Made by a program: the position numbers and the translations under genes. A stretch of 64,000 nt of DNA from Longimicrobiales bacterium (GTDB taxonomy: Bacteria > Gemmatimonadota > Gemmatimonadetes > Longimicrobiales > Gaopeijiaceae). The DNA lies in contig OZ241869.1 of assembly GCA_965202805.1 (NCBI GenBank), positions 2,432,001-2,496,000 on the forward strand, written 5' to 3'. Numbering within the stretch: position 1 is the first letter of the stretch; every line of letters starts with the position of its first letter. Shown piece by piece: positions 38,750 through 51,230 of the stretch. The notes beneath the pieces were generated by a model, which was given only the letters and a program-made list of their open reading frames with translations, was not told the origin of the DNA and searched no databases.

Positions 38750-38872
38750 GAAAACACCTGACCGTGAAAGGACGCGATGCGGACGCAAGTTCCGGCTCGG
38801 GATCGCTCAAGTGTGGGGTCAACCGCGGCCCGGTTCATACCTGAGAATGGCTAACCAGTCAGGGGTGCAGGG

Positions 38873-40060
38873 CTACCAGGACAAGAGCTCGTACTTGGCG
38901 ATTCGCCACGGAGGTATGCGCGGACTCAGCAACACATAGAGGTACCTGCCGCCGCCCAGCACCTTCGAATCCTCCGGCAATCGTACGTTCTCGAAGAGTT
39001 TTTGGCCCGTATGGCGATCGTAGGCTTCCACGGACACGTCGAGTGGCTCGAACGGGAACCAGGGCTTGGCCGGGTTCAGCCTGCCGACCGTCAACACGAG
39101 GCGGTTGCCGTCCACGATGTCCATGCTCGTGACGAGGTCGAAGCTCTCGATCAACCGCTTGATCCGATTGCCGGTTTGAGCCCCGGGTCCCTCTTCGGCG
39201 GTGAAGGCGAGTGCCCCCGGCTCAAGCTCCGGCACTCTGCGGAATCCTGCCGGCGGCGTCCCTATGGTTCCGACTGAATCGCCGGCCGCGTTCAGGATGG
39301 TCGCGGGGTACAGGAGGCCCGCCATCGCATACACGGAGTCCCCGGCAACCGCAGCGTGAGCTCGTCCCAGAGCATTCCAGTACGGCATGCTGGCAGCCAG
39401 CGTGTTCCAGTTGCTCCAGGCCACCGTGCCGTCGACCAGCCGATGATAGAGGCCATGCATGTCGGCTGCGTACATGTCCCGTCCAACCCCGCCGAACACG
39501 ATGTCAGGCCCGAAAGGAAGAACCGTCCCCGGCACATAGTTCTCGACCAGCAACATGCCATGGCGTGTCAGATCCGGAGCAAGAAAAGTCAGCGCCCCGC
39601 TCTGCGCGCCTGTCACGACGATGCGGCCGTCCGCCAGCTCCGCCACGCTCCGAATACGCCGGAACTCCCATGGTCCGTCGCCGAAGCGCCCGAACCCCGC
39701 CTCCAGCGAACCGTCCTCGCGGTAGGTCCGAACCCGGGGGAGCAGCCGGTCCCCGATCACGAAACCGCCGTCGCGCCGCTCGAAAAACTCACCCACGTCC
39801 GCGATGGAATCGGACGGATCCTCTCCCAGCTCGATGACTTCCACCAACTCGAAGACTTCTTCCAGGGGCGGCGAGGGCACCCGGGCCGGGTGCTTCTCGC
39901 AGGAGATGACAAGCAGCAGGGCGAGAGCCAGGGCCGTCCGTCGGCGGGGCAAGAGGTTGCCGGGTCGTGGTTGTCGGCCCGTCATCGGCCAACCGGCCCT
40001 CGACCGCAGCCGGGGCATCTCTCGCCTCGGGATCGGCCCTCGCGAGACCCATCGCTTCAT
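38873..40060 (-). CDS. 6-bladed beta-propeller lipoprotein
   Basis: Lipobox VISC; FGRFGDGPWEF (G.GPGEF-type motif); ATGA overlap with DUF58 stop; start may be 39985. Confidence 0.75.
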   Translation of the reverse strand: MKRWVSRGPIPRREMPRLRSRAGWPMTGRQPRPGNLLPRRRTALALALLLVISCEKHPARVPSPPLEEVFELVEVIELGEDPSDSIADVGEFFERRDGGFVIGDRLLPRVRTYREDGSLEAGFGRFGDGPWEFRRIRSVAELADGRIVVTGAQSGALTFLAPDLTRHGMLLVENYVPGTVLPFGPDIVFGGVGRDMYAADMHGLYHRLVDGTVAWSNWNTLAASMPYWNALGRAHAAVAGDSVYAMAGLLYPATILNAAGDSVGTIGTPPAGFRRVPELEPGALAFTAEEGPGAQTGNRIKRLIESFDLVTSMDIVDGNRLVLTVGRLNPAKPWFPFEPLDVSVEAYDRHTGQKLFENVRLPEDSKVLGGGRYLYVLLSPRIPPWRIAKYELLSW

Positions 40061-41001
40061 CGGAACGCCCCTCCCCGCCTTCGACCCGGGGTCCGCTCGC
40101 GCGCCCGGAAGAACTCCGCCAGCACGGGCACGTAGTTCTCGTCCGAACCGACCTCCACGACCTCCAGTCCCAGCTCGCGGAAGAGACCGGTCAGTCGTTC
40201 GCGCGCCTCGCCGGTCTGCTTTGCATGGGCGGAGCGTGTTCCCTCGCGCCCGGTATCGACGATGCGACGCTCTCCCGACTCCGGGTCCACCACCCGCACC
40301 AGACCCACATCCGGAAGCCCCATCTGCCGGGAATCGTTGAGACGGATGGGCACGAGGTCGTGCTGGAAGCTGAAGCGGCTCGCGATGCGCGCCAGGCGGG
40401 GATCGGCCGCGAAATCGACCAGGAAGTCGCTGATGAGGAAGACGGCCGCGCGCCGCCGCAACACCTTCGCCAGGAACTCGAGCCCGGGCGACAGTTTCGT
40501 GCGCCGGCCCGTGGGCTTGAGCGAGAGCAGCTCGAAGATCAGCCGCAGCGCGTGCCGCCGGCCCGTGTCCGGCGGGATGAAGAGCTCCGTCTGATCGGTG
40601 ACCACCAGCAGCCCGACGTGGTCGTTGTTGCGCGCGGCGGAGAGTGCCAGGATGCAGGCGATCTCGCTCGCGATGCGGGCGTTGGACGCGAACCCGGTGC
40701 CGAAGTCCTGCGATCCCGAGAGATCCACCATGAGCATGGCGGTGAGCTCGCGCTCCTCCTCGTGCTGCCTGATGAAGAGGCGGCCCCGGCGCGCGGTCAC
40801 GTTCCAATCGATGGAGCGGATGTCGTCGCCGGGCTGGTACTCGCGCACCTCCGAGAATTCGAGCCCGCGCCCCTTGAACACCGAGCGGTACTCGCCGCTG
40901 AAGAGCGATTCCACCAGTCCGCGGGTGCGCAGTTCGATCTGCTTCACCCGCGCGGAAAAGACCCGGGGATGCTCGCGCGCGATGGACCGCCTCCCGGCCA
41001 C
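40057..41001 (-). CDS. DUF58 domain protein
   Basis: GEYRSVFKGRGLEFSEVREYQPGDDIRSIDWNVTAR; EEER; DLSGS; FLISDF. Confidence 0.95.
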   Translation of the reverse strand: MAGRRSIAREHPRVFSARVKQIELRTRGLVESLFSGEYRSVFKGRGLEFSEVREYQPGDDIRSIDWNVTARRGRLFIRQHEEERELTAMLMVDLSGSQDFGTGFASNARIASEIACILALSAARNNDHVGLLVVTDQTELFIPPDTGRRHALRLIFELLSLKPTGRRTKLSPGLEFLAKVLRRRAAVFLISDFLVDFAADPRLARIASRFSFQHDLVPIRLNDSRQMGLPDVGLVRVVDPESGERRIVDTGREGTRSAHAKQTGEARERLTGLFRELGLEVVEVGSDENYVPVLAEFFRARERTPGRRRGGAFR

Positions 41002-41025
41002 GGCCGCCTCCCGCCTACCTCTGCC

Positions 41026-42042
41026 TCATGGCGAGGGCACCGCCTCCAGCACCCGGCGGACGACGTCGCCGGTGCCGACCCCGCGCGCGTCCGCCTCGTA
41101 GGTGGTGCGCAGCCGGTGCGGAAGGACCATCGGCGCCATCGCCTTGACGTCGTCGGGCAGCACGAAACTCCGCCCGCGAAGCCATGCCCGCGCCCGCGAA
41201 GTGCGCGCGAGGAAGATGGACGCTCGCGGCGACGTCCCGAAGTCGATCAGGCTCTCCAGCTCCTCGAGCCCGTACCCGGCCGGCTCGCGGGTGGCGAAGG
41301 CCAGCTCCACGATGTAGTCGAGCACGGCTTCCTCCACGTGCACCGCAGCGACCCGCTCGCGGGCGCGAAACACCTCTTCCGCGCCCGCCACCGGCTCGAG
41401 CGGGGTTCCGGCCCGGTCCCCCGCCCAGCGCACGATCTCCTTCTCCTCGCCGCGGGAGGGATATCCGATGTCCAGCTTCATGGCGAAGCGGTCCAGCTGG
41501 GCTTCGGCCAGCGGATAGGTTCCGTGCAGCTCCACCGGGTTCTGCGTGGCCAGGACCATGAAGGGATCGGCCAGCGGAAAGGTTTCGCCGGCGATCGACA
41601 CCTGGCGCTCCTCCATCGCCTCGAGCAGCGCCGCCTGCACCTTGGGCGGGGCGCGGTTGATCTCGTCGGCGAGCACGATGTTGGAGAAGACCGGCCCCTT
41701 GTGCACCCGGAACTCGCCCGTGCGCGCATCCAGGATCGGGGTGCCGGCTATGTCGCTCGGGAGCAGGTCGGGGGTGAACTGGATGCGGCTGAAGCCGGTG
41801 TCGATGGCGTTGGCCAGCGTGCGCACCATGAGCGTCTTGGCGAGCCCCGGAAGGCCTTCCAGCAGCACGTGACCGCCCGTGAGCAGCGCGATGAGCAGTG
41901 CTTCGACCGCCGCGTCCTGGCCCACCACGCGCTCGCGCACGGCGGCGGTGACCCGGTGGGAAAGGCCAAGGCCGACCTCCCCGTTGCCGCCCTCCCCGGC
42001 GCCGGCCTCCCGCGCCAGCACTCCCGCGGATTCGCCCGGCAT
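41026..42042 (-). CDS. moxR: MoxR-family AAA+ ATPase
   Basis: HVLLEGLPGLAKT, RIQFTPDLLPSD, LADEINRAPPKVQAALLEAMEE, ATQNP, YPLAEAQLDRF. Confidence 0.97.
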   Translation of the reverse strand: MPGESAGVLAREAGAGEGGNGEVGLGLSHRVTAAVRERVVGQDAAVEALLIALLTGGHVLLEGLPGLAKTLMVRTLANAIDTGFSRIQFTPDLLPSDIAGTPILDARTGEFRVHKGPVFSNIVLADEINRAPPKVQAALLEAMEERQVSIAGETFPLADPFMVLATQNPVELHGTYPLAEAQLDRFAMKLDIGYPSRGEEKEIVRWAGDRAGTPLEPVAGAEEVFRARERVAAVHVEEAVLDYIVELAFATREPAGYGLEELESLIDFGTSPRASIFLARTSRARAWLRGRSFVLPDDVKAMAPMVLPHRLRTTYEADARGVGTGDVVRRVLEAVPSP

Positions 42043-43766
42043 CAGGCCAGGTGCATCGTGCGCCCGCCGACCACGGTGCGGACGATGCCGATCTCCTGAA
42101 AGGCTTCGGGGTCGGTCTCGTGCGGATCCTCGGCGAGGATCACGAAGTCCGCCAGCTTGCCCGGGGTGATGGATCCCTTGAGGTGTTCCTCGTGGGAGGC
42201 GCGGGCGCCGTTGATGGTTGCGATGCGCAGGGCCTCGCTCACGGTCACGCGCTGGTTGGGCCCCCACACCCGGCCCTCGGAGTCGGTGCGGGTCACCATC
42301 GACTGCAGGGCCATCATCGGCTCGTAGGGCCCCGGCACGTAGTCGGAAGCTCCCGCCACGGGGATGTCGTAATCGAGGAAGGAGCGGTGCGCGAACATGA
42401 AGCGCATCTTCTCCTCGCCGTACTCGATCCACTTGTTGCCGTGGTAGTGGACGTAGGTCCAGAACGGGGTCGGCACCGAGCCGGTGTCGCGGATGCGGGC
42501 GAGCAACTCCGGGTTCACCAGCGTGCAGTGCTCGAGGCGATGGCGCGGATCGGGACGCGGCCACATGCGCTGCACCCGCTCGTAGGCGTTCAGCACCATG
42601 TCGATGGCCACGTCGCCGTTGCAGTGGATGCCGATCTGGAGGTCGTGGCGGTGCGCGTCCTCCACGACTTCGTGGATCTCCTCCTGGGTCATGGTGAGGA
42701 TGCCGAAGTCGTCCGGGCGGCCGATGTAGGGCGTGGTCATGGCCATGGTGCGCCCGGAGGCGGAGCCGTCGGCGGTGTACTTGACGCCGCCCACGCGCAC
42801 CCACTCGTCGCCCAGGCCGCTGTGGACGCCGGCCGCCTTCAGCCCGGGGGTCATCAGGCCCAGAGCGTACATGGCGATGCGGCAGCGCAGTTCGCCCGCC
42901 TTGTAGGCGTCCTGGTAGGCGATGGCGTAATCGGCGGTGCAGCCGGTGTCGTGGAGGGAGGTCAGGCCGGCCGCGGTCACGAGCTCGGAGATGAGCTTCA
43001 CCCCCGCCTGGCGCTCCTCGCGGGTGGAGCCGGAGGGGAGGAGCCCGTAAAAGAGGTCGTTGGCGTTCTCGGCCAGGAGCCCGTTCAGCTCGCCGCCGTC
43101 GAGGTAGATCTGGCCGCCCGGGGGCGACTCGGTCTCGGCGGTGATGCCCGCCAGCTCGAATGCGCGGCTGTTGTACCAGTAGAGGTGGCCGCCGCGGTGG
43201 GAGACCCGCACCGGGTGGTCGGGGACCCATTCGTCCAGGTCGCGGCGGGTGATGCGGCGGCCTTCGCGCACCTTGGTGTCGTCGTACTTGAAGGCCAGCA
43301 ACCATTCGCCCGGGGGCTTGCCGGCCGCGCCCTCGCGCAGCCGCTCCCCGATCTCGGCCATCGAGCGCACGTCCAGGTTGACCTCGGTGAGTTCGCGCAC
43401 GCCGCCCGAGGCGGGATGGAGGTGGGCGTCGATGAAGCCCGGGGTGACGGTCATGCCCTCCGCATCGATCACCTGGGTGCCGGGCCCGGCCAGGTTGCGG
43501 ATGTCGTCGCTTGACCCGACCGCGATGAAACGCGAGTTCTTGACCGCGAAGGCCTCGGCCTGCGGCAGGTCGTCGTCCACGGTGTAGACGCGGCCCCCGA
43601 CCAGAATCAGGTCCGGAGTGACGTCGCCCGCTTCCTGAAGCGGCGCCAGGGAGCGCGCGCGGGCGAGCCTCGCGTCCGATCCCCGCAGCTCGAAGTCGCC
43701 GATCCCGAAGCCGGTGGCGAGGGCAGCGCCGATACCGAGAAACTCTCCTCTCGAATAGCGGTTCAT
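42042..43766 (-). CDS. Amidohydrolase_3 (YtcJ-like), likely exported
   Basis: RBS ggagga; SRGEFLG Tat-like leader; PGFIDAHLH, GIHCNGD, RLEHC, ASD, GKLADFVIL. Confidence 0.92.
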   Translation of the reverse strand: MNRYSRGEFLGIGAALATGFGIGDFELRGSDARLARARSLAPLQEAGDVTPDLILVGGRVYTVDDDLPQAEAFAVKNSRFIAVGSSDDIRNLAGPGTQVIDAEGMTVTPGFIDAHLHPASGGVRELTEVNLDVRSMAEIGERLREGAAGKPPGEWLLAFKYDDTKVREGRRITRRDLDEWVPDHPVRVSHRGGHLYWYNSRAFELAGITAETESPPGGQIYLDGGELNGLLAENANDLFYGLLPSGSTREERQAGVKLISELVTAAGLTSLHDTGCTADYAIAYQDAYKAGELRCRIAMYALGLMTPGLKAAGVHSGLGDEWVRVGGVKYTADGSASGRTMAMTTPYIGRPDDFGILTMTQEEIHEVVEDAHRHDLQIGIHCNGDVAIDMVLNAYERVQRMWPRPDPRHRLEHCTLVNPELLARIRDTGSVPTPFWTYVHYHGNKWIEYGEEKMRFMFAHRSFLDYDIPVAGASDYVPGPYEPMMALQSMVTRTDSEGRVWGPNQRVTVSEALRIATINGARASHEEHLKGSITPGKLADFVILAEDPHETDPEAFQEIGIVRTVVGGRTMHLA

Positions 43767-44105
43767 GGACTCCTCCGGGCCAAGTCGTTGATATTCTGCT
43801 AATTTCCACCCCATGTACGCCCGTGCAAGTACGGCAGGTGGCAGGTGCCGGCGGGCGCGGAGGGGTTGCAAGCGCGCGGGCAGGGTGGCCCGTCATGAGC
43901 GCGGGGTAGCCCGTCATGAGCCGCGCCGCGTATGCCGAAGCCATGCGGCCGCACACGGGGCAGGGCACGAACAGCAACGGAGGACAGATGGCTCTCGATT
44001 CTCAGTCCGGGGTCCGCCGGGGCCTGCGAAGTCTGCGGGAGGGGGAGCGGGTAACGCTCTCGGCGGTGCTTGGCCGCCGCTGAGCCCGGCGGAGGGAGCG
44101 CGGCC

Positions 44106-45467
44106 ATGACGCTGGCCCGCTCGCTGGCGGAGCACGAGGAGCGGCTGATGAGCTGCGTGCACTGCGGCTTCTGCCTGCCGGCCTGCCCCACCTACGTCCG
44201 CCTGGGCGACGAAGCCGACTCGCCTCGCGGCCGCCTCTACCTGATGCGCGCCGTGGTCGAGGGTCGGCTCGATCCCGCGTCGGACGCCTTCCAGACCCAC
44301 ATCGACCGCTGCCTGGGATGCCGGGCCTGCGAACCCGTCTGCCCGGCGGGGGTGGAGTACGGCTCGCTCCTCGAACACGCCCGCGAGGCGGCGGTCGAGG
44401 CCAGGCCCGCGGGGGGCGCGGCGCGGGCCGTCCTCTGGCTCTTCGCCCGGCGCAAGCTGCTCTTCGCGTTGATGGCGCTGGGGCGTCTCCTGCGCGCCAC
44501 CGGCATCCCCGCGCTGGGCGCGCGCTTCCTGCCCGCGCGGCTCGGTCGGGTGCGCCTGGGGCTCGGGATGCTGGCTTCGACCCGCCGGGGGCGCGCGGCC
44601 CGCAAGGCCACGTCATCCGCTTCCTCGCGGGAGGCGGAGGGCCCCGATCCCGCACGCAGCCCGCCGGGACCCCATCCGCTCGCCGGCACCCGCGTCGCGG
44701 TGCTGAACGGGTGTGTGCAGGCCGGCCTGCTGCGGCACGTCAACGACGCCACCCGCCGGGTCCTCCGGGCCAACGGAATGAACGTCGTGGACGCCTCGGG
44801 GCAGCGGTGCTGCGGTGCGCTTCACGCCCACGGAGGAGACCTCGAGGGCGCCCGCCGCCTTGCGCGCACCAATATCGACGCCATGCTGGGAGCCGGGGCC
44901 GAGATCATCGCGGTCAACGCCGCCGGATGCGGCGCGCAGCTCAAGGACTACGGAGAATTGCTCGCGGACGACGCGCGCTACGCGCGGCGGGCGGCGCGGG
45001 TGGCGGAGAAGGCGCGCGACATCTCCGAAATCCTGGCTGAGACCGGACCCCGCCAGGGGGCGCCGCTCCCGCTGTCGGTGACCTGGGATGCGCCCTGCCA
45101 TCTCCTCCACGCGCAAGGGGTTTCGGAGCCCCCGCTCCAGGTCCTGCGCTCGATTCCCGAACTTGAACTCATCCCCCTGCCCCGGGCCGACGAATGCTGC
45201 GGGGGCGCGGGCACCTACGGCATCACTCATCCGCGGCTCGGGGGCGAGATCGGGAAGGACAAGGTCGACGCGGTAGCAGGCACCGGCGCGAAGGTGGTCG
45301 CGACGGCCAACCCCGGGTGCATCATGCAGATCGGGGGAGGATTGCGCATGAAGGGCGCGCCGGTCGAGGCCTGCCACCCGGTCTCACTTCTCGACGAGAG
45401 CTACCGGGCGGCCGGATTCTACGACACTTCCGCGCATGGGATGGCGGGTCCGCGGGATGGCGGCTGA
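44106..45467 (+). CDS. glcF: GlcF-like Fe-S oxidoreductase (two ferredoxin motifs plus CCG domains)
   Basis: CVHCGFCLPACPTY, SPRGR, CLGCRACEPVCP, CCGALH, NAAGCG, CCGGAGTY, ANPGC. Confidence 0.9.
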   Translation: MTLARSLAEHEERLMSCVHCGFCLPACPTYVRLGDEADSPRGRLYLMRAVVEGRLDPASDAFQTHIDRCLGCRACEPVCPAGVEYGSLLEHAREAAVEARPAGGAARAVLWLFARRKLLFALMALGRLLRATGIPALGARFLPARLGRVRLGLGMLASTRRGRAARKATSSASSREAEGPDPARSPPGPHPLAGTRVAVLNGCVQAGLLRHVNDATRRVLRANGMNVVDASGQRCCGALHAHGGDLEGARRLARTNIDAMLGAGAEIIAVNAAGCGAQLKDYGELLADDARYARRAARVAEKARDISEILAETGPRQGAPLPLSVTWDAPCHLLHAQGVSEPPLQVLRSIPELELIPLPRADECCGGAGTYGITHPRLGGEIGKDKVDAVAGTGAKVVATANPGCIMQIGGGLRMKGAPVEACHPVSLLDESYRAAGFYDTSAHGMAGPRDGG

Positions 45468-46308
45468 TCCAGTGTCCCGGTGGACGATCCGTCCATTTCG
45501 GACCCATCGGGACTACGAGGCCTGCATCGCGCTGCAGGAGGCGACCTGGGGTGCCGGCTTCTCCGAGCGGGTGCCCATGGCGCTCATGATCGTGAGCCAG
45601 CGCCTGGGCGGGGTCGCCGCGGGCGCCTTCGACGACGACGGGTCCCTTGCCGGGTTCATCTTCGGCCTCTCCGGGATCGAGAACGGAATCCCGGTGCACT
45701 GGTCGGACATGCTGGCGGTGCGGACCGACTGCCAGGGGCAGGGCCTCGGCATCCGCCTCAAGAGCTACCAGCGCGACGCCGTCCTGGAGCATGGGATCCG
45801 GCGCATGTACTGGACCTTCGATCCGCTGGAGTCCCGCAACGCCTACATCAACCTGGCCAGGCTGGGCATCGTTGCGCGCGAGTACGTCGAGAACATGTAC
45901 GGCCAGACCGACTCTCCGCTCCATCGGGGCATCGGCACCGACCGGTTCGTGGCCCTCTGGCAGCTGGATGCTCGCCGGGTCGAGCGACGGTTGGCGGCAG
46001 AGCCGTCGCCTCCCGTGATCGAGGACCTGGCCGAGGTGCCGCGCGTGCTCGACTGCACGCCGGGGTCGCCTTCGGGCTGGCCCGAACCGGAGATCCGGGA
46101 CATGGCGGGGGCGAACGAAGTCCTGGCCGCAATCCCCTCCGACATCCAGGCGCTGAAGTCGGCTTCGCCCGAGCTCGCGGCGCGCTGGCGGGCGGCCACG
46201 CGCTCGGTCCTGCGGAGCTATCTTTCGAACGGGTACGAAGTTTGCGAACTCATTCGGGGAGCGCGCGTCTCACGCTATCTCCTGAGGAGAATCGAGAAGA
46301 ACCCATGA
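45457..46308 (+). CDS. GNAT acyltransferase of the type encoded beside NSAR/OSBS (putative D-amino acid N-succinyltransferase)
   Basis: HWSDMLAV..QGQGLG..LK..QR; WTFDPLESRNA..N..RLG; YVENMYG; TDRF..W. Confidence 0.85.
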   Translation: MAADPVSRWTIRPFRTHRDYEACIALQEATWGAGFSERVPMALMIVSQRLGGVAAGAFDDDGSLAGFIFGLSGIENGIPVHWSDMLAVRTDCQGQGLGIRLKSYQRDAVLEHGIRRMYWTFDPLESRNAYINLARLGIVAREYVENMYGQTDSPLHRGIGTDRFVALWQLDARRVERRLAAEPSPPVIEDLAEVPRVLDCTPGSPSGWPEPEIRDMAGANEVLAAIPSDIQALKSASPELAARWRAATRSVLRSYLSNGYEVCELIRGARVSRYLLRRIEKNP

Positions 46309-47540
46309 CCGAGAAGATGCTCGACGCTCCGCACGTGGCGATCATCGGCGCCGGTCCCGTGGGACTGGAGGCCGCACTCGCCGCTGCCGAGGCCGGGATG
46401 TCGTTCACCCTGTACGAAGCCGGTGCGCATGTCGGCAACAACGTCCTCTCGTGGGGACACGTCCGCCTGTTCACGGGCTGGGATCTGAACGTGTCGCCAC
46501 GGATGCGGCGGTGGCTGCGGGGCGCGGGGCGCGGGATGCCCTCCGGAGACGAGCCTCCGACCGGACAGGAGCTGGTCGGAAGAGTGCTTCAGCCGATCGC
46601 GGCCCTGCCCGTCATCGCCGAACGCCTGTCCCTCGGCACACGGGTGCTGTCGGTGGCCCGGGAAGGGCTCCTGAAGCACGAAGAGATCGCCAGCGCCGAA
46701 CGCGCCAGCCTGCCGTTCCGCCTTCTGGTGCGCAGCTCCGGCGGGGAGCGGATCGAGCGCGCGGACATGGTGGTCGACTGCACGGGCACCTGGGGCGTCC
46801 CCAACGCGCTTGGGGAGGGCGGCATTCCGGCTCCCGGGGAAGCGGCCGCGGAAGACAGGATCGTCCGGCACATTCCGGACATCGAGGGCAATCCCGGCGA
46901 ATGGGCCGGGAAGCGCATCCTGCTCGTCGGGGCAGGTCATTCGGGACAGACGGTCATGCGGTCGTTCGCCGCCCTCGCCCGGCGAGACCCCGCTACCCGG
47001 GTGACCTGGGCGCTGAGACATCCCGAACTGCGGCTGCGGCCGGTCGCCGGCGACCGCCTGCCCGCGCGCAGACGTCTCACCCTTGCCGCCCGGCAGTTGG
47101 CCACGAACGACGCGTCCGACGTCGAAGTCCTCCGGGGCTTCACGGTCAACGGAATGGAGCGCAACGGCGATGGCCTGAACGTGGTCCTCAGCCAGCGGGA
47201 CGGCTCCACCGTGGTGCGCCAGGTCGACCGGATCGTCTCCATGTGCGGCTACGTCGGCGACCACGACCTCTACCGGCAGCTCCAGGTCCACGAATGCTAC
47301 GCGACGGCGGCGCCGATGAAGCTGTCCGCGGCGCTGCTCGCCGGCTCCGCGAGCGACGACTGCATGGACCAGACGAGCTTCGGCGCGGGCACGCTCGCCA
47401 ACCCCGAACCCGGCTTCCTGATTCTGGGATCCAAGTCCTACGGCCGAAACAGCACCTTCCTCATGCGCGTCGGGTGGGAGCAGGTCGACGAGGTATTCGG
47501 CCCCCTGGGAGCACAGGTAAGGCCGAAGACGCCCTCGTGA
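46305..47540 (+). CDS. FAD/NAD(P)-dependent oxidoreductase (ArsO-like flavoprotein)
   Basis: GAGPVG, WGHVRLF, DCTGTW, GAGHSG, QLQVHECYAT, GSKSYGR.STFL..G.EQV. Confidence 0.85.
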   Translation: MTEKMLDAPHVAIIGAGPVGLEAALAAAEAGMSFTLYEAGAHVGNNVLSWGHVRLFTGWDLNVSPRMRRWLRGAGRGMPSGDEPPTGQELVGRVLQPIAALPVIAERLSLGTRVLSVAREGLLKHEEIASAERASLPFRLLVRSSGGERIERADMVVDCTGTWGVPNALGEGGIPAPGEAAAEDRIVRHIPDIEGNPGEWAGKRILLVGAGHSGQTVMRSFAALARRDPATRVTWALRHPELRLRPVAGDRLPARRRLTLAARQLATNDASDVEVLRGFTVNGMERNGDGLNVVLSQRDGSTVVRQVDRIVSMCGYVGDHDLYRQLQVHECYATAAPMKLSAALLAGSASDDCMDQTSFGAGTLANPEPGFLILGSKSYGRNSTFLMRVGWEQVDEVFGPLGAQVRPKTPS

Positions 47541-48611
47541 AGATCGACGCCATCGAAGTCCGCGAAATCCGGCTCCCGCTGCGCGAGCGCTTCGAGATCT
47601 CGAGCGGATACTCCGAGGAACGACGCATCCTGCTGGTCAGGCTGCACGCCGACGGGGAGACCGGGTGGGCGGAATGCGTGGCCGGCGAGGACCCCGGGTA
47701 TTCGTACGAGACCACGGAAACCGCGTGGCACGTTCTTTCGCAGTTTCTCATTCCCGTGCTCCTGGGCGCACAGGTGGAGGGACCCGCGGACGTTGAGCGG
47801 CGACTCGCGCACGTCCGTGGCCATCCGATGGCCAGGGCGTGTCTGGAAATGGCGTGCTGGGACCTCGAAGCCAGGCGGCGCGGCCTCTCTCTCGCGGAGG
47901 CCGTGGGGGGCTCGGGTGACCCCGTGCCCGTGGGGGTGAGCGTCGGGCTGCAGCAAAGCGACGACCTCCTGATCGACAAGGTGGGCGGCTTCCTCGCCGC
48001 CGGTTACCGCAAGATCAAGCTCAAGATCAAGCCCGGGCGGGACGTGGAGATGGTGCGCGCCGTGCGCGAGGCCTTCCCCGACGCGCCGCTCATGGTGGAC
48101 GCCAACTCCGCCTATACGCCGGCCGACCGGGATCGCCTCGCGGAAATGGACGATCTCGACCTGCTGATGATCGAGCAGCCCCTCGCCTGGGATGACCTGT
48201 ACCAGCACGCGCGTCTCCAGGAGAGGCTCGAGACTCCGGTGTGCCTGGACGAGTCCATCCGCTCGGCCGGCGATGCGGAGCTGGCGCTGGCGCTGGGAAG
48301 CTGCCGCATCATCAACATCAAACCGGGCCGGGTGGGCGGCCTGGGCTCGTCGCGCCGCATTCACGACCTGTGCCGCGCGCGCGGTGTGCCGGTCTGGTGC
48401 GGCGGGATGCTCGAGTCGGGTGTCGGGAGGGCCTTCAACATCGCGCTCGCCACGCTGCCGGGCTTCACCATACCGGGCGACATCTCGGCCAGCCGGCGCT
48501 ACTGGGAGCGCGACATCGTGGACCCCGAGTTCGAGGTGGTGGGGGGGAAGATGACGCCTCCCCGCGGACCCGGGATCGGAGTGACGCCCGACGAGCGGCG
48601 CATCGACGAGC

Positions 48612-50420
<1,809 letters not shown>

Positions 50421-50552
50421 GCACGAAAGCTCGCCGTCCGGCGCGGGCGCTGGAATGGAAGAATGTGACCCGCCGGCGATCCGGTTGGTCCGCCAGGTCG
50501 GCTCGGTACGCCCGCCGGACCTGCGCGGACTACTCGGCCAGCCCGGCGAAGG

Positions 50553-51107
50553 CTACTCGGCGGGCCTCACGTCGATGGTGATCTGCACCGCCAGATGGCC
50601 CAGATCCGCGCGCGAGCGCACGGCTTCGCGGATCCGCGGCTCCAGCTTCCCGTAGGCCGCCATCACCCCGTTGCGCAGGTGGGTCCTCAGCAGGTTGAGC
50701 GCGTTCGCGTCCGGTCTGGTGGTCCGGGTCTGCTTGCGCACTTCCACGAGATCCGCGGGCACGATCTCGAAGGGCACGATGCCGATGTCGTCGTAGCGCT
50801 CCGAGTCCAGGTACTGGATGGAGACCGAGACATCCCCCCGCGCGTGGCAGTGGCTGATGTCGCCGATCGCACGGAATCGCGACGCCAGCCGCTTGATGTC
50901 CGTGCTCTGCGCCGCGGACATGTAGCCACGGTTGGTCAGACTGAAGATCCGGCGCAGCCGCTCGGTCGGGGTGGCGTCGGCTTCCGGCGTTTCGCTGTCG
51001 AGTTCGCGTCCGGTGGCCGCGCGCGCGTAGTGTTCCAGGTTCAGATCGCGGTTTCTCTGGCGATCGATGTTGTCCAGGATGCGGTCCGGATTGGTTCTGA
51101 AGCTCAT
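50553..51107 (-). CDS. Hypothetical cytoplasmic protein (184 aa)
   Basis: RBS gaggga; normal codon bias; no family recognised. Confidence 0.75.
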   Translation of the reverse strand: MSFRTNPDRILDNIDRQRNRDLNLEHYARAATGRELDSETPEADATPTERLRRIFSLTNRGYMSAAQSTDIKRLASRFRAIGDISHCHARGDVSVSIQYLDSERYDDIGIVPFEIVPADLVEVRKQTRTTRPDANALNLLRTHLRNGVMAAYGKLEPRIREAVRSRADLGHLAVQITIDVRPAE

Positions 51108-51230
51108 GCTTCTCCCTCATGCGTTTTTCCCGTTGGGCACCTGACGATAACGGGCACCGCGGCTACAGGCTATAATGGTTCGGCCGGCAGACGCGCCACG
51201 CGCCCACCCACCACACCGCAGGAGGATGCC

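Noticed and set aside
38292..43924. Short repeats as possible CRISPR arrays
   Set aside because: Head-to-tail copies without unique spacers; no cas genes in the window
41026..43977. Apparent long N-terminal fusions (MoxR 983 aa; also 1993-4482, 45480-47540, 46451-48652, 38873-40807, 27132-28724)
   Set aside because: The Arg/Pro/Gly-rich extensions are off-frame readings of upstream genes; real starts are at stop/start overlaps or internal start codons
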